This document shows positions 27,608-38,057 of a DNA stretch of 64,000 nt, piece by piece (positions within the stretch are counted from its first letter, which is position 1; each line of letters starts with the position of its first letter). Made by a program: the position numbers and the translations under genes. Under the pieces are notes generated by a model. The model was not told the DNA's origin. It did not search any database and saw only the letters and a list, made by a program, of their open reading frames with translations. The stretch comes from Lachnospiraceae bacterium (lineage in GTDB: Bacteria > Bacillota > Clostridia > Lachnospirales > Lachnospiraceae), in contig JALCRM010000003.1 in the NCBI GenBank assembly GCA_022652545.1, positions 78,885 through 142,884 of the forward strand. Reading direction: 5' to 3'.

Positions 27608-28564
27608 TTACAGGAACAGGCAGACGACGGGGATCGTGATGATGCAGATCACGGTAGACAGAATGATCCCCCGGGAGAGATCCCTGTCGTCGAGGCCGCA
27701 TTCACGGGAATACATGAGAGGCAGATTGCCGCCGGGAAGCGAGACCATGACCGCCATGGTGCCGAGCAGCAGAGGGTCGGAGAGAAATCTTTTCAGAAGC
27801 AGGACCAGCAGGATCGGCAGGACCAGCATGCGCAGCCCAAGGAAAACATACATCCTGCGGTCTCCGAGCAGCTGGCGGAACGGAATGGATGCGACCGAGC
27901 AGCCCAGGACGACCATGGACAGGAAAATGGTGGCGTTGCCAAGGTAAGAGATCACCTGGGCGATCACGGTGGGGACAGGCGGGTCGAGCAGATAGACCAG
28001 GATCGTGACGACGGCGGAGACGGTACCGGCATTGAGCAGACTGCGCAGAGTCGTGCCGAGGCTGTTTTTACGGGCGGGCAGGGCCGCATTCGCATTGTCT
28101 GCTGTTTTGGCACCCTCGAGCGTGGCTATGCCGTATGTATAGAACAGAAGATTGAAAACGAGGCAGTTTACGGTCACATAGACGAGCGATTTCTCGCCGA
28201 GCACGGCGGAACATACGGGAAAACCGATGAATCCTATGTTCCCGAAAATGGTGAGCATTTTAAACGAATATCTTCTGCTGCGCGGAATGCCGAGCAGGAA
28301 GGGGATCAGGTACGCGCAGGCGATCAGGATCGCATACACGGCGGCTGCGGCCGCAAATGCAGTGAGGAAGACGGAGGGGGAAAGGCGGCCCTGGTTGTTG
28401 ATGGCGGCGTTGAGGAGCAGCGCGGGGTTGCACAGATTTACGACCAGGAAGGAGATTCCCTTTGCGACACGGTCGTCGAGGACACCGCGGCGGTAGAAAA
28501 TGTAGCCTGCGGAGATCAGGATGAAGATAACAAGCATTTCAAGAAACAGCGAAAAAGCGCTCAC
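27608..28564 (-). CDS. AEC (auxin efflux carrier) family transporter
   Basis: About 10 TMs, FGNIGFIGFP, LGNATIFLSMVVLG, SRGIILST; GTG start with SD GGAGG. Confidence 0.9.
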   Translation of the reverse strand: MSAFSLFLEMLVIFILISAGYIFYRRGVLDDRVAKGISFLVVNLCNPALLLNAAINNQGRLSPSVFLTAFAAAAAVYAILIACAYLIPFLLGIPRSRRYSFKMLTIFGNIGFIGFPVCSAVLGEKSLVYVTVNCLVFNLLFYTYGIATLEGAKTADNANAALPARKNSLGTTLRSLLNAGTVSAVVTILVYLLDPPVPTVIAQVISYLGNATIFLSMVVLGCSVASIPFRQLLGDRRMYVFLGLRMLVLPILLVLLLKRFLSDPLLLGTMAVMVSLPGGNLPLMYSRECGLDDRDLSRGIILSTVICIITIPVVCLFL

Positions 28565-28728
28565 GTTATTCCTCCGATGTATCCGCCGGCTGAGCTGAAC
28601 GGATATGCGTTTGCTTTAGGCGGATCAAACTATTATGATTATATTATATTGTCTGAACTTTACATAGGATCCCGGCCGGCGGAAAGTTTTTTTCCGGCTT
28701 CTGTATATTATGCATGCAGGGGGATGAA

Positions 28729-29682
28729 ATGGGAAGAAAAAAACACGCTTCGCTGGAACTGAGATACTATGACATACCGCAGAATGAACCGGTGCTGGCA
28801 CTTCTCGGCGAACCGTGGGTACGTAAGTACGGCTACGGCATAGAGTATCTTCATTTTCATAACCTGATGGAGATCGGACTCTGCCACGAAGGCTACGGCA
28901 TCCTTACGCTGGATACGGAGAACCGCCCCTATGAACCGCATATGGTCAGTGCGATCCCGCGGAACTATCCGCATACGACCAACAGCGAGGACGGCAAGAC
29001 CAGCTTCTGGGAATATCTGTTCCTGGACGCGGACGAACTCCTTACGGAACTTTACCCTGACAATGAATATTACCGCAGCAGGCTGCTGCGGCTGATCAAC
29101 CTGCAGCCGGTTTTCGGCAGTTTTGCACAATACCCGCAGATGGCGGATATCGTGAGCACGATCATCGAAACGATGCGCAACAAACAGGACTTCTATTCCG
29201 AAACTGCGCGCGGACTGACGCAGGCACTGCTGTTTGAGATCGCCAGAGTCAACAAGGAGCAGGAAGGAAACGCCACGGATGCGGGCGAAGAGTTTGCAGT
29301 GCACAGAAGCAGCCTTGCTTCCATCAGCCGGGGGCTCGACTATGTGAGCACGCACTACCGCGAGCCGATCCGTGTAGAAGATATGGCGGAACAGTGCAAT
29401 ATGAGTGAAACACACTTCCGCCGCCTGTTTTCCGAGTACATGAATATGAATCCCGTGGACTATATCAATGTGATGCGTGTGCAGAAAGCCTGTGAGCTCA
29501 TGAGACGGTCCAACGATTCCGCGAGCGATATCGCCATGAAATGCGGCTTTCCTACACCTTCGACCTTTCACAGAAACTTCAAACTGTTCGTCGGCACGAC
29601 GCCTTACCAGTGGAAAAAAGATCCCAGAAACTACGAGAGCAAACTTTTGCAGTTTCACATTTCAGCTGAAAAAGGCTGGTAA
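28729..29682 (+). CDS. AraC family transcriptional regulator
   Basis: N-terminal cupin HFHNLMEIG; C-terminal SETHFRRLF..CGFPTPSTFHRNFK..TPYQW. Confidence 0.93.
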   Translation: MGRKKHASLELRYYDIPQNEPVLALLGEPWVRKYGYGIEYLHFHNLMEIGLCHEGYGILTLDTENRPYEPHMVSAIPRNYPHTTNSEDGKTSFWEYLFLDADELLTELYPDNEYYRSRLLRLINLQPVFGSFAQYPQMADIVSTIIETMRNKQDFYSETARGLTQALLFEIARVNKEQEGNATDAGEEFAVHRSSLASISRGLDYVSTHYREPIRVEDMAEQCNMSETHFRRLFSEYMNMNPVDYINVMRVQKACELMRRSNDSASDIAMKCGFPTPSTFHRNFKLFVGTTPYQWKKDPRNYESKLLQFHISAEKGW

Positions 29683-29931
29683 AATGACGTATTTCCGGCA
29701 TTTCGCCCAAAAACATCTGCGTTCAGCCCCTCCCCGGACGCCCATAGATGGTCGAATTTGCAATAAAATAAAATGAATTCGATTGCATCAGCTTTTGTAC
29801 AATTGTTATAATTGCCATGTAATCAAGTACGGAACCGGATTTTTAAGTGCAAAATGCCAATATGGGAAAGCACCTACTTAAACGGTTTCGGCAAAAATGC
29901 ACAGTATGTGCGATTCATTGGGAGGAAAAAG

Positions 29932-31356
29932 ATGAATAAGAAACTCGTATCACTTGTTCTGACCGGTGTGACAGCCTTCACCATGGCTGCATGCGGCAGC
30001 ACATCCACAGACACCACTGCAGCAGCGACTTCTGCAGCGGCAGCAGCGACATCCGCAGCGGCGGCAGCGACATCCGCAGCGGCAGCTGCAACCTCTGAGG
30101 CAGCGGCGGCAGCTGCTACGAGCGCAGCGCTCAGCGTGGACACCGCTGCAGAAGATGAGAACACCCTTTCGGTGGCAGCATGGGACGCAAACTTCAATAT
30201 CCCGGCCCTGAAGGATGCAGAAGCAGATTATCAGAAGAATGTGGATCCCAACTTCAAGTTGAACATCATGCAGGTCTCCGCATCGTCCGATATCGAGACG
30301 GCCATCACCACGGCTGCTTCGGCCGGTGACTACAGCACCCTGCCTGATATCGTCCTGTTCCAGGATCACTATTTCCACAAATACATCACCGACTATCCGG
30401 ATGCATTCCAGAGCGTCGATGATTCCGGCGTCGACTGGACGGATTTCGGAGCTGAAAAACTTTCCTATTCCATGCTGGACGGCGTGCACTACGGCTTCCC
30501 TGTAGATAACGGCACCGTGATCATGGCTTACAGGACCGATATCCTGCAGCAGTGCGGCTACACCATGGACGACATGAAGGGCATCAGCTGGGATGACTTC
30601 GACAAGATCGGCCAGGAAGTTTACGCAAAGACCGGCAAGTACCTGCTTTCCATGGACGGCAACGGCAACGACCTTATGTACATGATGCTGCAGGCCGAAG
30701 GCGAGTCCCAGTTCAAGGACGGCAAGCCGTACATCACCCAGAACCAGAAACTTGTACAGATCGTTGCTGATATCGTCAAGATGCAGAAGGACAACGTCCT
30801 GTATCTCGCAAACGACTGGACCGAATATACCGACAAGACCATCATGGGCGACGAGGTCGCAGGTGTCATGAACGGCAACTGGATCATCCCGACCATGGAA
30901 CAGGTTTCCGCCAACAGCGGAAAATGGGAAATCACTTCCATGCCGACACTGGAAGGCAACGGCAAGGAAGGCTATGCTTCCAACGGCGGCTCTTCTCTGT
31001 ACATCACCGCAAACTGCAAGAAGGCTGACCTCGCGAAGAAGTTCCTGGCTTATACATTCGGCGGCAGCACCGTTACCTATGACGGAGCTCTGAAGGACGG
31101 CGGCGTTATCACGACCTGCATCTCCGCAGGCAAGTCGGATGTTTATCAGCAGGGCGTTGAATTCTTCAACAACACTCCGGTCTATGCCACGGTCGTTTCC
31201 ATGGGCGCCAATGTACCGGTCATCGAGCAGAGCGATTACCATTATGACTGCCGTACACAGCTGGCAGCAGCAGTACAGAACATCATCAGCGGTGCGGATG
31301 AGACACAGGCGCTGCAGGATGCAGAGGATCAGCTGAACCTCGACATGGGCAACTGA
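29932..31356 (+). CDS. Sugar ABC transporter substrate-binding lipoprotein (lactose/galactoside-type)
   Basis: Lipobox MAAC, LPDIVL, YRTDIL, SNGGSS; SD GGAGG. Confidence 0.92.
   Translation: MNKKLVSLVLTGVTAFTMAACGSTSTDTTAAATSAAAAATSAAAAATSAAAAATSEAAAAAATSAALSVDTAAEDENTLSVAAWDANFNIPALKDAEADYQKNVDPNFKLNIMQVSASSDIETAITTAASAGDYSTLPDIVLFQDHYFHKYITDYPDAFQSVDDSGVDWTDFGAEKLSYSMLDGVHYGFPVDNGTVIMAYRTDILQQCGYTMDDMKGISWDDFDKIGQEVYAKTGKYLLSMDGNGNDLMYMMLQAEGESQFKDGKPYITQNQKLVQIVADIVKMQKDNVLYLANDWTEYTDKTIMGDEVAGVMNGNWIIPTMEQVSANSGKWEITSMPTLEGNGKEGYASNGGSSLYITANCKKADLAKKFLAYTFGGSTVTYDGALKDGGVITTCISAGKSDVYQQGVEFFNNTPVYATVVSMGANVPVIEQSDYHYDCRTQLAAAVQNIISGADETQALQDAEDQLNLDMGN
30019..30130 (+). repeat. ~21-bp tandem repeats encoding a (TSAAAAA)n lipoprotein tether
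   Basis: gcagcgacatccgcagcggcg-like units immediately after the lipobox. Confidence 0.85.
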
Positions 31357-31375
31357 TTTTCAAAACAAGGTTAAA

Positions 31376-31407
31376 AGGCGGGGGACCGGATATCCGGTTC
31401 CCCGCTT
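31376..31407 (+). promoter_or_regulatory. Intra-operon stem-loop after the SBP gene (likely mRNA-stabilising)
   Basis: GCGGGGGACCGGA-ta-TCCGGTTCCCCGC with no long U tract. Confidence 0.6.
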
Positions 31408-31434
31408 ATGCTTAGAAAGTCAAGGAGGGTACAG

Positions 31435-32331
31435 TTGAAAGCGAAGAAGATGAATGTGACGGGCAAACAGCAGAGGGCAGGCTGGATTTTCCTGACACCG
31501 GCTACCGTTCTGATAGCGATCATGAGCTTCTACCCGATGATCGAAGCTTTTTTCATGTCACTCAAGACCGGGTCCAGCGCACACATGAAATGGCAGGTCC
31601 CGTTCTGGAAGAACTATTACCATATGTTCCGCGATAAGCTTTTCCTGCGTTCCCTCGGGAACACATATCTGTATCTGCTCATCGAAGTACCGATCATGCT
31701 TGTGCTGGCCATTCTGCTCGCACAGCTTCTGAACAACAAGGACCTTAAGTTCAAGGGCTTTTTCCGCACCTGCGTATTCCTGCCCTGCGCAACTTCGCTG
31801 GTTTCCTATTCCCTCATATTCAAATCTCTTTTTGCGACTACCGGTCTTGTCAATTCCATCCTGGTGGGAATGGGGATATTCAAGGAAAACTTCAATTTCC
31901 TCGGCACGCCTTCCACGGCGCGCGCCATTATCATCATCGCACTGATCTGGAGATGGACGGGCTACAACATGGTCTTCTATCTGGCAGGTCTGCAGAATAT
32001 CGAATATTCCGTCTATGAGGCGGCCAAGATCGACGGCGCGAACGGCTGGAAGACTTTCTGGAAGATCACGGTCCCGCTGCTGAGGCCTACGATCATCATG
32101 ACGTTTATCATGTCCATCAACGGCACCCTGCAGCTGTTCGACGAGTCGGTCAACCTGACTGCAGGCGGACCCGCCAATTCGACGATCACAATGTCACACT
32201 ACATCTACAACGCTTCGTTTGGTCAGGGCGTCGCCAACTTCGGCTATGCATCTGCCATGTCTTTCCTGGTGTTTATCATGGTCGCCATCCTTGCGGCAAT
32301 CAATATGAAAGTAGGTGACAAACGTGACTAA
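31435..32331 (+). CDS. Carbohydrate ABC transporter permease 1
   Basis: EAA motif YEAAKIDGAN; hydrophobic helices; TTG start after AGGAGG. Confidence 0.93.
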   Translation: MKAKKMNVTGKQQRAGWIFLTPATVLIAIMSFYPMIEAFFMSLKTGSSAHMKWQVPFWKNYYHMFRDKLFLRSLGNTYLYLLIEVPIMLVLAILLAQLLNNKDLKFKGFFRTCVFLPCATSLVSYSLIFKSLFATTGLVNSILVGMGIFKENFNFLGTPSTARAIIIIALIWRWTGYNMVFYLAGLQNIEYSVYEAAKIDGANGWKTFWKITVPLLRPTIIMTFIMSINGTLQLFDESVNLTAGGPANSTITMSHYIYNASFGQGVANFGYASAMSFLVFIMVAILAAINMKVGDKRD

Positions 32332-33166
32332 GAAAAATAAAGCCAACGGATCTTCCATCCAGAAGAGACTGATCCCCACTTATATATTTCTGATTATTGT
32401 TTCATTCATTTCCGTATTTCCGCTGTACTGGATGTTTGCGGCCGCCACAAACAATACCGTGGATGTCGCAAGAGGCAAGATCACCTTCGGGACATACGCG
32501 CTGCAGAATTTCAAAACGCTGACGGCGGCGCAGGATCTGGGCAGAGGCATGAGCAACTCCTTCCTCTACGCCACTGTGGAAACACTGGCAGCCCTGTTTA
32601 TCTGCTCGCTGGCGGGCTTCGGTTTCGAACTGTATCACGACAAACATAAGGACAGGCTCTTCGACGTTCTGCTGCTGGCCATGATGGTCCCGCAGGTCGC
32701 CACGATGATCCCCCTGTTCAAGATGATGTCGCACATGAAGCTCCTGAACACGGTCTGGGCTTTTGTACTGCCGGCGATCTCCACGCCTTTTCTCATCATG
32801 ATGTTCCGGCAGAACTCCAGAAGCTTCCCCATAGATATCATGGAAGCGGCCCGTATCGACGGCTGCAGCGAGATCGGCATCTTCTTCAAGATGTTCCTGC
32901 CGGTCATGAAATCCACCTATGCGGCAGCGGCAGTCATTACCTTCATGAATGCGTGGAACGCTTACCTCTGGCCGAAGGTCGTCATGAGCGACAAGACCGG
33001 AAAGTCGCAGACTATGCCGATGCTGATCGCCAACCTGTCAAACGGCTACAAAGTCGATTACGGCGAACTGATGATGGGCGTGCTGTTCTGCTCCATCCCG
33101 ACGATGATCGTGTTTTTCGTTCTACAGAAACAGTTTGCAGAAGGCATTACCGGTGCCGTAAAGTAA
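32324..33166 (+). CDS. Carbohydrate ABC transporter permease 2
   Basis: EAARIDG, WNAYLWP, C-terminal EGITGAVK. Confidence 0.93.
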   Translation: MTKKNKANGSSIQKRLIPTYIFLIIVSFISVFPLYWMFAAATNNTVDVARGKITFGTYALQNFKTLTAAQDLGRGMSNSFLYATVETLAALFICSLAGFGFELYHDKHKDRLFDVLLLAMMVPQVATMIPLFKMMSHMKLLNTVWAFVLPAISTPFLIMMFRQNSRSFPIDIMEAARIDGCSEIGIFFKMFLPVMKSTYAAAAVITFMNAWNAYLWPKVVMSDKTGKSQTMPMLIANLSNGYKVDYGELMMGVLFCSIPTMIVFFVLQKQFAEGITGAVK

Positions 33167-33181
33167 CAGACCGGAATAAGC

Positions 33182-33222
33182 ACAGAGCCATCCTGCCGCT
33201 GCAAGACAGGGTGGCTCTGTTT
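33182..33222 (+). promoter_or_regulatory. Stem-loop between permease and beta-galactosidase (partial terminator or stabiliser)
   Basis: ACAGAGCCATCCTG...CAGGGTGGCTCTGT then TTAATA. Confidence 0.55.
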
Positions 33223-33259
33223 AATAACGGCCTTTGGCCGATTGAGGGACGGAAGGGAA

Positions 33260-36200
33260 ATGAGCGAATTTACGATCGAAAAGATCCAGGATCCGGCTGT
33301 TTTCAGGGAGGGCCGTATCAATACACACTCTGACCATGTTGCGTTCGCATCCGCGAAGGAGAGCAGGAGCGGCCAGAGCAGTTTCCGGTACAGCCTGGAC
33401 GGAATGTGGAAATTTCAGTATGCGATAAATCCGGCATCGGCGATGCCGGGATTTGAAAAGCCGGAATGTGACTGTCACGACTGGCAGGAGATCCGCGTTC
33501 CGGCCAATATGCAGATGGAAGGCTTTGACGTTCCTCATTATGCAAATACGCAGTATCCATGGGACGGGCAGGAGGAGATCATGCCCGGCAGTGTGCCGGA
33601 GCATTTTAATCCGACCGCCAGCTACGTAAAGTACTTCACGCTTCCCGAAAGCATGAAGGGAAGACGTGTATTCGTTTCCTTCCAGGGCACCGAGAGCGGT
33701 ATGGCACTCTGGCTGAACGGACGCTACGTCGGCTATTCGGAAAACAGTTTTGACCCAGCGGAATTCGAACTGACCAAGTATGTCAGAGACGGAGAAAACA
33801 AACTGGCTGTCAGGGTTTTCAAGTTCACCTCCGGCAGCTGGTGCGAAGACCAGGATATGTTCCGGTTCTCCGGGATCTACCGCAGCGTCTACCTGTATAC
33901 CGTACCGGACGTACATATCGAAGATATCCGGGTCAGGACGATCCTGGACGATGCCTATGAAAACGCGGAGCTTCAGCTGCACCTTTCCACGCTCTATATA
34001 CAGCAGAGCGGACAGGGCAGAGGAAAAGCCGTATTTGCGCTGTACCGGGGAGAGCGGGAGGTGTTTTCACGGGAGAGCCTTCTGAAGGCCGGCGAGAGCA
34101 GACACAGCTTTATCGTCAAGCAGCCCGCCCTGTGGAGCGCCGAGGAGCCGAACCTTTACCGGCTGGAGATCACGGTGTCTGACGGGGATGGCAATGTACA
34201 GGAGTTTATTTGCCAGAACGTAGGATTCCGCAGGTTTGAGATGAAGAACGGCCTGATGTGCCTGAACGGCCAGCGCATCGTTTTCAAAGGCGTGAACAGA
34301 CATGAATTCAGTTCCGTGACGGGGCGCGCGGTGCGTCGGGAAGATGTCCTGAAGGACATCATGACCATGAAGCGCAACAACATCAACGCCATCCGTACCT
34401 GCCACTATCCGGACGCTTCCATCATCTATGATCTCTGCGATGAATTCGGGCTTTATCTGATCGCCGAAAACAATATGGAGACGCACGGTATGTGGGAACG
34501 TCTCATGCACAGCGGTATGGATGATCTTTCCAAAGCACTGCCGGGCGACAATATGGCCTGGGAGCCGATGATGATGGACCGTATCGAATCCTGCTACCAG
34601 CGCGACAAGAACCATCCGTCGATCCTGATCTGGTCAGTCGGCAACGAATCGTTCGGCGGCAGGGTCCCGTATGACATGAGCAACCGCTTCCGCGAACTCG
34701 ACGACACAAGACTTGTACATTATGAAGGCATCGCGCACGACAGGCGCTATAATGATACTACCGACATGGAAAGCCAGATGTATACGCCGGCCGATGAGAT
34801 CCGCAGATATCTGAAGCAGGACAGGAGCCGCCCGTTCATCTGCTGCGAATATACGCATGCAATGGGCAATTCCTGCGGAGGCATGTACAAATATACGGAC
34901 CTTACCGAGACAGAACCCCTGTACCAGGGAGGCTTTATCTGGGACTATATCGATCAGGCCATCCTGCGGAAAGACCGGTACGGGAGAGAGTACCTGGCAT
35001 ACGGCGGCGATTTCGGAGACCGCCCGACGGACTATAACTTCAGCGGCAACGGGATCACCTATGCCGGCGACAGAAGCTGCTCTCCCAAAATGCCTTCCGT
35101 CAAATACAACTATCAGAACATTGCGGTGAAGATCGATACCTTCAGGAAAGTGGAGGTCAGGAACAGGAACCTGTTTGTGAATACGGATCGCTTCGACTGC
35201 GTGGAGATCCTGCAGAAGGAAGGCGTACAGATCGCTGAGGCAAAACTGGATACATCGGTAACGCCTCTCGGGGAAGCACAGATCGTACTTCCGATCCCGG
35301 AGCCGGAGGAAGCGGGAGAGTATACGGTGACGGTCTCTTTCAGGCTCCGCGAGGATACTCCCTGGGCTGCGGCCGGATACGAGATCGCCTTCGGACAGAG
35401 AGTATTCAACGCGGCCGTGAAAGGGAAAGGCATACGTCTGTCAGCCGGCGAGACAGTGGGAGGCTCGGCGCCTGCAGCAATGGCGCAGACGGAACCCGGC
35501 TCAAAGGAAGCGGCGGCTGTGGAAAAGAGGAACCAGGCGCTGGCACTGAGAGGCAGCCAGGACAGCCAGCACACCTTCTGCTCGAACGACGCCCTGCGGG
35601 AAAAGGGCGGGGACGAAGCCAATGCTGCGCCTCTGTTCAGGATCGTGCACGGTGACGATGATATCGGTGTGCGCGGTGAGGATTTTGAGGTGCTGTTTTC
35701 GACCAAGGCCGGCGGCGTGACCCGGTACCGCTACGGCGGGAAGGACATGCTGGATGCCATCCCGATGCCGAATTTCTGGCGCGCGCCTACCGACAATGAC
35801 CGCGGGAACCAGATGCCGCAGCGCTACGCAGCCTGGAAGATCGCCAGCATGTACCTGACCGTGCGCGGGGAGGGACCGTATGATATTCTGTCTCCGTCCG
35901 TCAGGGAAGGCAGGGACAGTCTGCAGATCACATACCGCTATCGTCTCTGCACGGTGCCGGAGGCTGCCTGCAGCGTGAGCTACACGGTGTATGGCGACGG
36001 AACGGTACGCGTAAAGCTGTCGTATGACTGTGTGCCTGAACTGGGTGACATGCCGGAATTCGGAATGATGTTGCGCATGGATGCCGACTATGACAGGCTG
36101 CAGTGGTACGGACTGGGACCGGAAGAGACCTATTCTGACCGTACCCAGGGCGCAAAGCTCGGCATATGGGATGCGAAGGCGGCCGAGGTGCCGGCAAAGT

Positions 36201-36508
36201 ATCTCAGGCCGCAGGAAACGGGCAACCACACCGGTGTCCGCTGGGCAAAGGTCACGGATCTGCGCGGAAGAGGCCTGCTGTTTGCAGGCGACAGGATGTT
36301 TTTCTCCGCACTTCCATGGTCTCCGCATGAGACGGAGGCGGCAGGACACCCGTATGATCTGCCGGAGATCCACCATACGTGGATACGCTGTGCACTGGGC
36401 CAGATGGGGATCGCAGGCGACAACAGCTGGGGCGCCCTTACACAGGATGAGTTTTTACTGAAACCGCAGGAACACATGGAGTTTGAATTCACGTTCCGCG
36501 GGATCTGA
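33260..36508 (+). CDS. lacZ: GH2 beta-galactosidase (LacZ-type, with small-chain domain)
   Basis: EDQDMFRFSGIYR, KGVNRHE, NAIRTCHYP, WSVGNE, CEYTHAMGNS, GGFIWD, FWRAPTDND, GDNSWG. Confidence 0.93.
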   Translation: MSEFTIEKIQDPAVFREGRINTHSDHVAFASAKESRSGQSSFRYSLDGMWKFQYAINPASAMPGFEKPECDCHDWQEIRVPANMQMEGFDVPHYANTQYPWDGQEEIMPGSVPEHFNPTASYVKYFTLPESMKGRRVFVSFQGTESGMALWLNGRYVGYSENSFDPAEFELTKYVRDGENKLAVRVFKFTSGSWCEDQDMFRFSGIYRSVYLYTVPDVHIEDIRVRTILDDAYENAELQLHLSTLYIQQSGQGRGKAVFALYRGEREVFSRESLLKAGESRHSFIVKQPALWSAEEPNLYRLEITVSDGDGNVQEFICQNVGFRRFEMKNGLMCLNGQRIVFKGVNRHEFSSVTGRAVRREDVLKDIMTMKRNNINAIRTCHYPDASIIYDLCDEFGLYLIAENNMETHGMWERLMHSGMDDLSKALPGDNMAWEPMMMDRIESCYQRDKNHPSILIWSVGNESFGGRVPYDMSNRFRELDDTRLVHYEGIAHDRRYNDTTDMESQMYTPADEIRRYLKQDRSRPFICCEYTHAMGNSCGGMYKYTDLTETEPLYQGGFIWDYIDQAILRKDRYGREYLAYGGDFGDRPTDYNFSGNGITYAGDRSCSPKMPSVKYNYQNIAVKIDTFRKVEVRNRNLFVNTDRFDCVEILQKEGVQIAEAKLDTSVTPLGEAQIVLPIPEPEEAGEYTVTVSFRLREDTPWAAAGYEIAFGQRVFNAAVKGKGIRLSAGETVGGSAPAAMAQTEPGSKEAAAVEKRNQALALRGSQDSQHTFCSNDALREKGGDEANAAPLFRIVHGDDDIGVRGEDFEVLFSTKAGGVTRYRYGGKDMLDAIPMPNFWRAPTDNDRGNQMPQRYAAWKIASMYLTVRGEGPYDILSPSVREGRDSLQITYRYRLCTVPEAACSVSYTVYGDGTVRVKLSYDCVPELGDMPEFGMMLRMDADYDRLQWYGLGPEETYSDRTQGAKLGIWDAKAAEVPAKYLRPQETGNHTGVRWAKVTDLRGRGLLFAGDRMFFSALPWSPHETEAAGHPYDLPEIHHTWIRCALGQMGIAGDNSWGALTQDEFLLKPQEHMEFEFTFRGI

Positions 36509-36548
36509 GGCGGCAGCACCGCCCCGGGCAAGGAGGTCGAAGACGGAT

Positions 36549-37991
36549 ATGATGGATGTGATTGTGATCGGAGCCGGTGTGACCGGCTGTGCGATCGCCA
36601 GGGAGCTTTCCCGCCGCGAGCGCAGTATTCTGGTACTGGAAAGGGGCCTTGATGTATGCGAAGGCACTTCCAAGGCCAACAGCGGGATCGTGCATGCCGG
36701 ACACGACGCGAAACCGGGCACGATGAAGGCCCGGATGAATATCGAAGGCAGCCGCATGATGGAAGCGCTTTCCCGGGAACTGGATTTTCCGTACCGCAGG
36801 AATACTTCGCTGGTCATCGGTTTCAATGAAGAGGACAGGCATACCCTGGAGGAGCTGAAGGCGCAGGGCGAGGTCAACGGCGTGGAAGGACTGGCCGTCA
36901 TTTCGGGGGAGGAGGCGCGCGCAAAGGAGCCGAAGCTGTCCGCCGGGGTCACCTGTGCGCTGTTTTGTCCGACAGGCGGGATCGTGGACCCGTTCCTTCT
37001 CACAGTCGCATTTGCTGAGAATGCGGCAGTGAACGGCGCGGAGTTCCGCTTCGGCACGGAAGTCACGAAGATCTCCGGGAAGGAAGGTGCCTTTACCGTG
37101 GAAACGGCGGACGGTACGGCCTTTCAGGCAAAACGGATCGTCAACGCTGCCGGTGTGTATGCGGACGTTTTCCACAATATGGTGAGCGCGCAGCACATCC
37201 ATATCACCGCGCGCAAGGGCGAATACCTCCTGATGGACAAGAAGACGAAGGGGTTTGTGAATGCCACCATTTTCCAGTGCCCGACGAAGATGGGCAAAGG
37301 CGTGCTGGTGACACCGACCTGTCACGGCAACCTGCTCATAGGGCCTACATCCGTGGATATTGAGGACAAGGAAGGCGTGAACACGACGGCCGAAGGACTG
37401 GCCGATGTCGTGGAGAAAGCCGGCCTGTCGGCGGAGGACCTTCCCACCAGACAGGTCATCACGAGTTTTGCCGGGCTCCGGGCACACGAAGACGGCGGAG
37501 ATTTCATCGTGGCGGAAGCGGCGGACTGCCCCGGTTTCTTCGATGCGGCAGGGATAGAGTCGCCGGGTCTTACCTCGGCACCCGCCATTGCAAAGTATAT
37601 GGCGGAACTGATCACGGAAAAGGACAAAGCACCGGAAAAGACCGGTTTCAAAGCGGAACGGAAGGGGATACCGTGCATGGCGGAAGCCACGCCGGAGGAA
37701 CGGAAGGCGCTGGTGGCAGAGAACCCGCTTTATGCGAATGTGATCTGCCGCTGCGAACTGGTGACGGAAGGCGAGATCGTGGATGCGATCAACCGGCCGG
37801 TGGGAGCAACCACGCTGGACGGCGTAAAGCGCCGTGTCAGAGCGGGCATGGGACGCTGCCAGGCAGGCTTCTGCACCCCCAAACAGATGGACATCCTTGC
37901 CAGGGAGACCGGCAGGGATCTGCAGGATATTGTGAAATCCGGATCCGGTTCACAGCTGCTGGATGGCGGTAAGTTTGAAAGCACGCACTGA
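36549..37991 (+). CDS. FAD-dependent oxidoreductase with BFD-like [2Fe-2S] domain; probable glycerol-3-phosphate dehydrogenase (GlpA-like)
   Basis: GAGVTG, TSKANSGIVHAG, GIESPGLTSAPA, ICRCE..RAGMGRCQAGFC; adjacent to glpK. Confidence 0.85.
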   Translation: MMDVIVIGAGVTGCAIARELSRRERSILVLERGLDVCEGTSKANSGIVHAGHDAKPGTMKARMNIEGSRMMEALSRELDFPYRRNTSLVIGFNEEDRHTLEELKAQGEVNGVEGLAVISGEEARAKEPKLSAGVTCALFCPTGGIVDPFLLTVAFAENAAVNGAEFRFGTEVTKISGKEGAFTVETADGTAFQAKRIVNAAGVYADVFHNMVSAQHIHITARKGEYLLMDKKTKGFVNATIFQCPTKMGKGVLVTPTCHGNLLIGPTSVDIEDKEGVNTTAEGLADVVEKAGLSAEDLPTRQVITSFAGLRAHEDGGDFIVAEAADCPGFFDAAGIESPGLTSAPAIAKYMAELITEKDKAPEKTGFKAERKGIPCMAEATPEERKALVAENPLYANVICRCELVTEGEIVDAINRPVGATTLDGVKRRVRAGMGRCQAGFCTPKQMDILARETGRDLQDIVKSGSGSQLLDGGKFESTH

Positions 37992-38057
37992 TGCGCGGTT
38001 TCAGACCGCACATACTGCAGCAGCCATACAGCAGTGCGGTTTTCGGAGGCATATACA

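Noticed and set aside
30019-30130. TSAAAAA repeats as a phase-variation tract
   Set aside because: The units are multiples of 3 and form an ordinary flexible lipoprotein tether; slippage would not shift the frame
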